A DNA stretch of 53,327 bases, the filler included, from Catajapyx aquilonaris (taxonomy: Eukaryota), in assembly GCA_000934665.2 (NCBI GenBank). It is 2 parts of 2 records of this genome, joined end to end, with 100 filler letters (N's around TTAATTAATTAA, not from the genome) between each part and the next. Parts side by side here need not be neighbours in the genome. Positions count along the whole stretch, not along the records: positions 26,681 to 53,327 come from KZ539301.1; 1 more part is not named here. One strand, written 5' to 3'. Of the stretch, positions 48,774 through 53,327 are shown one piece after another (position 1 is the stretch's first letter; each line of letters starts with the position of its first letter). Position numbers and translations under genes: made by a program. Below the pieces are notes generated by a model that was not told the DNA's origin, did no database searches, and saw nothing but the letters and a program-made list of their open reading frames with translations.

Positions 48774-51700
48774 GCGATTTTTTTTTGTCCAGATCCTACA
48801 GACAGGGTTAGTAATATGGCCAACTAAGGATAGGGGAGATTCGGGTTTGCGTGAGCTCCCGCAGGTGGTCATCGAAAATGGTTCACACTGAAGCATGGCC
48901 GGAGGGGGGAGGCGTACCTTAGCTAGAAAAGTCCTGCGTCAAGATCTAACCTGAGGACCTTTCCTTCCGCAGCCGACAAACGTTGCGACACGGCGCCTCC
49001 CCCGTTGCGATTCATATCTACCTTATAATCTTCTATTTTAATCTCAAGGTACCGGGAAGCTATGCACGTATTCAATTATTCACGGAAAATGCACATATCA
49101 TCATATAAACTTGCCCTCGCCAGATAACGATCAAGCCTATCGTATGTCACTCCTGGCTTTCCAATTACTGCATCCTAGATCTCCGACGCGGTAGTCCCGC
49201 CTTGATGCAACTGTAACTATATATGCATCATGCACTTGGCTGGGACTTACATATCGTGTCGCCTAATGACGGGACCGATAATAATTGCTGCATCGATTAC
49301 CAGCGATTCCCTGTAATTATTCTGCGGGCTGAAAATCGTCGCACGTGACTGGCTGCCAGAACCCACATGCATGCACATATGTGACCGGGGGGGGGAGGGG
49401 GGGGGGAAGCTAAAGGATGCAATTACGTCACACGCCCTTTGTACCCCAATCGCGAAAAAATGATATGTAAACGACCCGCAACAAACAAGCAAGAATCCTT
49501 GAGAGAAATAAACATAAATCTGACTGCAAGTTTGCCAAATGCAACCCCCACTGTTAAAAATAAGCACAACCAAAAGTAGTTAGAGACGCATGTATTTCGT
49601 CCCCCCCTCTTCTGAAGGACAAAGGCACCCTTCTTCCCATGATGCCTCGCTGGCGATAAAGCGGGTAATGAGTCATCCTAATCGTTGGTATCTCCGCATA
49701 TTATTAGTGTTCTAATAGGGTGTGTACCAAAATACATAATATACTGTAAAACCGGTGGATCCGGGCCAAGAAATCCCGACTGTGGGACAAGTTTTCTTTA
49801 CCTCCCACTCACCACAGGGCATTTATAAATACACCTGCACAAGTATTTCAGACATCCCTTCAACATTCTTGACAGGCTGCTGTATCGCAGATTTCGCATT
49901 ATGCCCATTGCGATACCGTATCTCCCAGGTTTTTTTTTCCTCTCCCACAACGCTGCACACTATTGTCCGATTAACCACGTACCAGAAACGGGTAATGGCT
50001 TTCTAAGAATCTCCCCAAAATTTGTCAACATTTTAATCCAATTGGTGTCCAACAATGCATTTACTACACTTTCCCGCCCTTTCGTAATCTCCCTCCCCCC
50101 TCCCCCATTCACGCTGACATGAACGGGTTATTTACAGCCTTTGATCCTTCTCATGACCTTCCTCGGTCCGGATTACACACCGGGAAATCCGGCACCACTC
50201 TTGCCGACTGCAACACTCCACTATTTATAAACAAACACCCTTTTTTTTAAAAAAAAAAAAAGTGGACTGCAATAATGGGTTTATGGAGAGGGCCTGCAGG
50301 CTGAGTGTCCGCTCAGGTTTATTAGGAGGAATTTGGCCGAAACTATCCGGTGAAACACTCGCGTATTTAAATCCTGCCAAACTCTCACCCACGCATAATG
50401 TCAAGGTCATGCCCAACACGTGCTCTCGGTAAGTCCGGAAAAGACCGCCCTGTCCTCCGTAACAAGAACAAGGGATCAGAAATGGTGGAAAAAGAAAAAG
50501 GGGGCCAAGCGAAGAGCGCGCTGGAAAAAACTGAAACGGACGAAAAAAAAAAAAAGAAAAAAAAAACCTGGCCGCTACCCCAAGTTCCATGAACTCGCTT
50601 AAGACAAGATGTCCGCCACCCTCCCTCCACTACCTCCCACCCTTCCCCGGAGTTTGTCACAGATTATGACCCGAGTCAATACACCAGGACAGAAATTGGG
50701 GAGAGAGCTAGGCCTAGGTCCACCCCCCCCCCNTACTCACTTGTCACTTGCTCATTGTTGTCGCTCAGGCGCTGGGAGGGTTATGGCTCAGGGTGTTTTC
50801 CCGGAGTATCACTTCAGGTACCACTCCCTGGATGTGTGTAGCCTAACACACCTGGTCGGGCCAGCAAACAGTCTCATCGGTCGCAGGGGGAAGCATCACC
50901 GCGCGCGCACACACACTCATGCATGCACCACTCACACACACATACACTCACAGCCACCCTCCCGCCCCCCCGGTACACTCCCCCAACGTGTGACGTCACA
51001 GTCTACAGAATGACTATAAATCCCAGCAGTAAACCCGGTAACTGGAATTTTCCACTCGAATATTCGATTGTTGGGGAGAACGCGTCGGCTTCCCAAATGA
51101 GACTGGGAGGTTGGTCGGGGGTGTGGGGTGGGATGGCTGGCTGGCTAGGGCAGGGGGAGAGGGTAGGGGGAAGGCGGGCGGGTAGAGAGGGCTGGGAGGG
51201 ATGAAGGGGAGGGGAGGGGAGGGTGGCTGAAAAACTCGCGCTGTCTTGTCCAAATAGGGCCATTCAAGTTATTATCCGTCCTTCCCTCCCTGGTAAAAGT
51301 GTACCAGTGCGCGCGGACTAGGTAGTGGATGGGAGAATCGATTATTGTTGCTTACCGGGCCTTGTTTCGAGGAGCGACGGCCATATTTTGTATCAGGTGT
51401 CACTCATGTTTATTCGGAGAAGCACATGTATATACCCTCTTGTCATGGGGGTGGCTCTCAAGAAATCGGGGGAGATTATGTAATTGTGCTGTACCGGAAA
51501 GCTCTCTTGCGGCCGATACGCCATTTCATGCATCCAGACACCCATCAAAACTTGTGATGACACTATTAGCGGGAACGTTAAAAAAATCCGGGGACTCGCA
51601 TGTGCGTACGTATCGGTTGTGTTTACCACTATTTTTTTTACAGGCTTGCTTACGAATAACTTACGCTTAGTGCAATAAAGCTGTGTAGTGATGTGCGCCT

Positions 51701-52391
51701 TTTGTCGTCAGATATGCCTACCCGCTATGATGACTATGTAATGAATGCGACATGCGCGCATTTTGTAGGTTAAAAAGTAAACAATATGCATTGCAGGACA
51801 TCACATAAATGTACAGAACATACGCTTACAAAATAATGTCTTTAAATCTAAATCTAGATCATACTGCACAAGGAGACATTGAGAATAATTTATTTCAATG
51901 TCACGTACGTGATATGTCACGTAAATATAGGCAGCATATACGAGGGAGGCAGTAAATAGGCCAATAGACGATCAAAGAGGGGTGCAGAGATATGCATTTA
52001 TTGTGCTGCAACTGATTATTACGAACTTGTGACCTTTTGGATTCCGTGCGTATCAAAATACTCTTGCACAACTCGTGTGCATTGCATCGCATTATCTTAT
52101 CACACAGTTCGCGCATGTGTGTTTGGTCCATCCGCCTTATTGTGAATGGTCCCTTGGCAGTATGATTTTCGGGGGAGAAAATGTGGTAACATCTCTATTA
52201 TTTTGGTCTTCAAGTGCATTCCGTTGGCTGATTAGTACAGTATTATCAACAGGGTCTAGGTTAGTACAGTATTTTGAGTCTTGCGGTTTTTATAGCACAC
52301 GACAATGAAAACTCCACAATTGAAATGAATGATTGGTGTTGAGAAGCTTATAAACTTGCCGACTTCTTGACTCTGGCCATGAACACCTGTA

Positions 52392-52460
<69 letters not shown>
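52392..52460. repeat. (AAT)n microsatellite
   Basis: Read directly from the sequence. Confidence 0.95.
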
Positions 52461-52461
<1 letters not shown>

Positions 52462-52926
52462 GGGGAGGTGCGGTCAAGGGGGTAATCACTTCGGTACTCC
52501 GGTGTACACCTGGGAGTGGTACTCCCTGGTATACTCCTCAGGCACCTCACTCTTTATTACTCCGTGGTACTCCTTGAATTTGGTACTCCAGTGTACACTT
52601 TTCAGTAGAGTGATTACCCCCTTGGGTGCGGTGACCGATATGGTAACGATCCCCGCCTGGGAGCTCCCTTTCACCTGCGTCAGGAGGGTCACTGACCCGC
52701 TTCTTGGAGGTGTCTGGCAACCTAGCCGCCTGGGGGACTGCACATGACCCGCTTACAGACATTGCACCTGCACCCATGTTCCCTCCCCAAAAATCCCTAT
52801 CCTTATTACCCTATATGTCCTTGTTTCCTTGCACCGGTGTGAGAAGAAGAAAACTATATAGAAAACTGATAGTGGTGTGCCACCCCCCTATAGAACCCGT
52901 ACCGTAAGGGTCATCACGTTGTAAAC
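52461..52926 (+). mobile_element. tRNA-derived SINE (family B), interrupted by a MITE and internally deleted
   Basis: GGGGGAGGTGCGGT[MITE]GACCGATATGGTAACG then ATCCCCGCCTGGG. The body is colinear with 29285-29648 (ggaggtgtctggcaaccta, gacattgcac, ccctccccaaaaatccct, tagaaaactgat, caccccccta). Confidence 0.88.
52475..52624. mobile_element. 150-bp hAT-type MITE nested in the SINE head
   Basis: Perfect 16-bp TIR CAAGGGGGTAATCACT, perfect 8-bp TSD GGTGCGGT (52467-52474, 52625-52632), and internal GGTACTCC repeats. Confidence 0.93.

Positions 52927-52990
<64 letters not shown>
52927..52990. repeat. (TTA)n microsatellite at the SINE 3' end
   Basis: Read directly from the sequence. Confidence 0.95.
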
Positions 52991-52993
<3 letters not shown>

Positions 52994-53327
52994 AAATCGC
53001 TATTCCCAGCATACGAATTATTATAAACAAGGCATTATATGAGATATTATAATGCAATACGTAGTCTAGATCGTGTTGCATTATGTTATGAATACTTTAG
53101 GGCTGGAACTACAGTATTTCAAAGGTTGCTGATAAACTGGTTGCTCGGGTAAAACGGAGGAATTATAGGCAGTGCGCCAACCTGCATGTTGTAAATAGTG
53201 GTTTGTTACATGTTGTTACTTGGACCATTATACACCCCTGTCAGAAATTATTGCATCACCTGTATATTTTGTACATTTTTCATTGTAACTTTTGAATTTA
53301 CTACCCAAATTCCCTGAAAAAAATTAT

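Overview
Eukaryotic, almost certainly arthropod, genomic DNA (spliceosomal GT-AG introns, many only about 60-100 nt; no prokaryotic features, no CRISPR). The left 22 kb is gene-dense. It holds the last exon of V-ATPase subunit G (+) and a 3-exon uncharacterised class I SAM-methyltransferase-like gene (-) whose last codons were interrupted by a 1.09-kb hAT-type MITE. That gene's large intron carries a nested antisense secreted Pro/Val/Tyr/Lys-repeat cuticle-type gene. Next come an apparently dicistronic Snapin + intronless N6AMT1/HemK2 unit (-; 45-nt spacer, no AUG in any frame between the two starts), VAMP4 (+) head-to-head with Snapin, and a 10-exon BTB-BACK-Kelch gene IVNS1ABP (-). The right 31 kb is mostly non-coding, probably IVNS1ABP 5' introns or regulatory DNA. 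It has a candidate distal first coding exon at 40.3 kb, tRNA-derived SINEs with TSDs, hAT MITEs, (AAT)n microsatellites, an artificial 100-bp scaffold linker, and an unexplained GC-rich multi-frame ORF island at about 31.8-34.3 kb. Gene names rest on recalled family motifs; no database search was run.
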